Source of the DNA: Atractiella rhizophila
Lineage: Eukaryota
NCBI GenBank assembly: GCA_021432655.1
Contig: MU271401.1
Span: forward strand, 53,295 to 73,294
Length of the DNA stretch: 20,000 nucleotides
Direction: 5' to 3'
The first letter of the stretch is position 1, and every line of letters starts with the position of its first letter. Under the pieces are notes generated by a model, which was not told where the DNA came from, made no database searches, and saw nothing but the letters and a program-made list of their open reading frames with translations. Below, in pieces: positions 18,194 through 20,000 of this stretch. A program made the position numbers and the translations under genes.

Positions 18194-20000
18194 ACAAAAT
18201 GCCGCCCAGCACGGTATTCCCCCCATCTGAACAAGACTCCCCATTCCCGAAATTGCGTTTTCCCTCCTGGAGACAAAGATGCGCAGAAGTCGCAAAAATG
18301 TACGACAAAGTCCACTTACGTTCGACAACAGCATCTCTTGTCAGTTCGAAGACGAAACTCAGAACCGCATTCCACCATCCACATTCCCATCGCCGACAGG
18401 CCACATCGGCGCTCGTCGACAGCGGCGCAACTACTTCTTTTATTTCTCCAAAACTCGTTTCTGCATACAACCTACCTGTCACTCAACTTCCTTCCCCAGT
18501 ACCTGTTTATAACATCGACGGATCTCTCAACCAAGGTGGATCCATCCATTCTGTCACTTACTTGCCCATTTCGATCGCTGCTCACCATGAGGTTTGGCAA
18601 TTCGCTGTAGCAGACTTAAGGACTGTCGACATGATACTAGGCCACGACTGGCTAAGACACCATAACCCAGAGATCAACTGGGACTCAGGGAAAGTTGAGT
18701 TCTCTCGTTGCCCTACCAGTTGCAATGCAGATGACGTGTCTATCACTCGCGAACACTTCCCACCATCGTCGACCTCGATACGAGCCGCTATGACAAAATC
18801 GCAGAAACTGGCGAAAGACGCAGCGGCGACGAGACCAAAAAATGTCGTCGAAATACCAACGCAAATCGCCGATTTTGCGGACATTTTCGACGACGAAAAA
18901 TTCAAAACTTCTCTTCCTCCCCGACGTCCTTGGGATCACGCGATCAACCTCATACCCGAATCACGACCATATGCGGGCCCGGTCTACCCCTTGAAAAGAG
19001 ACGAACAAGCGGCGCTCGACCAGTTCATTGACGCCGAACTAAGCGCCGGTCGTATACGTCCTAGCACAGGTGAACATGGAGCCTCCGTTTTTTTCACGCA
19101 CAAAAAAGACTCCTCCGAACTTCGTCCCCTTTTCGATTATCGAAAGCTGAACGAAGCCACAGTCAAAGACAAGACCCCACTCCCCATTCAAGCTGACCTC
19201 TTTTCCATGGTTTCTGGTAAGAAGTTTTTCAGCAAGATTGATCTGAGGAAAGGGTTCAACAACGTTCGTATCAAAGAAGGAGACGAACACAAAGCGGCGT
19301 TTCGCACAAATCGAGGACTTTTCGAACCATTGGTAATGTATTTCGGACTCTGCAACTCACCGGCGACCTTCCAAGCTTTCCTGAACTCTATTTTCCGCGC
19401 CATGATCGCCGCTGCGTTCATCTTCATATACATAGACGACATCCTAATTGCGACAGAAACTGAAGAAGAACACTGGGAACGCGTTCGACAAGTTTGTCAA
19501 ATTTTACGCGAAAATGGACTTTACGTAAATTTGCAGAAATGTGTCTGGTGTCAAAGCGAAGTAGAGTATCTAGGATTGATCATTACCAGCAGAGGGATCG
19601 AACCGGATCCAGTAAAGGTTGCAGGAGTGATGGATTGGCCGGAACCGAAAAACATGAAGGAAGTCCAAATGTTCCTTGGTTTCGCTAATTTCTATCGCCG
19701 CTTTTGTGACAGATTTAGTCACATCGCGAGACCTCTATATGAACTGACCAAAAAAGAGACTCCCTGGGCCTGGGGGGTAGATCAGCAACGCTCGTTCGCC
19801 GCTTTGAAACAGCTCATGACTTCGGCGCCCGTTTTAGCACATCCCGAACAAATAGGACGATTTTTGCTTGAAGTTGATGCGTCAAATTTCGCGACAGGCG
19901 CCGTTTTGTCGCAAATGAAGTCAGATGGGAAGTTTCATCCTCTCGGTTTCGTGTCAAAATCGCTCGACGCCGCCCAGAGGAACTACGACACCTACGACAA
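18118..20000 (+). CDS. pol: Retrotransposon Pol polyprotein (aspartic protease, reverse transcriptase, start of RNase H), -1 frame relative to gag, 3'-partial
   Basis: Stop-free frame from 18118 to the window end (missing from the ORF track because it has no stop): ALVDSGATTSFI and ILGHDWL (protease), DYRKLN, FSKIDLRKGF, MYFGLCNSPATFQ, YIDD, YLGLII (RT), FLGFANFYRRF, LEVDASNFATGAVLSQ...RNYDTYD (RNase H). Confidence 0.96.

Larger units (their letters stand above)
15985..20000 (+). mobile_element. Ty3/Gypsy (Metaviridae) LTR retrotransposon, partial; continues beyond the window
   Basis: gag followed by pol in PR-RT-RNaseH order with no integrase before RT (gypsy order). The left boundary depends on the putative LTR across the gap; 17145-20000 is certain. 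Confidence 0.92.

Overview
Eukaryotic (fungal, most likely basidiomycete; inferred from 45-70 nt GT-AG introns with CTRAC/TGAC-type branch sites and from the gene content) genomic DNA with two halves. Left half (1-10.8 kb), four compact intron-containing host genes: + strand lipoyl(octanoyl) transferase LIP2/LipB (738-1691), + strand FAD-linked D-lactate dehydrogenase-like oxidase only 91 bp downstream (1783-3526), a - strand ~1072-aa Ser/Pro-rich disordered protein of unknown function (3971-7293), and a - strand ~944-aa membrane-anchored GT32-type DXD glycosyltransferase (7797-10787). Right half, nested transposons: a decayed - strand Helitron (HUH-Y2 Rep + PIF1 helicase pseudogene with two intact introns, ~11218-15984) whose reading frame is cut at 15984/15985 by a putative 5' LTR (TGTCAG...), a 384-N assembly gap, then an apparently intact + strand Ty3/Gypsy gag-pol with a clear -1 frameshift signal that runs off the window. 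Most worth a second look: a candidate intron-hosted box C/D RNA with a U13/snR45-like 18S guide (10989-11194), the very tight LIP2-DLD junction (bicistronic or fusion options), the gag-pol frameshift element, and unusual structure inside the putative LTR (27-bp periodic motif, spliceosomal-type intron). All splice sites are my manual inferences.
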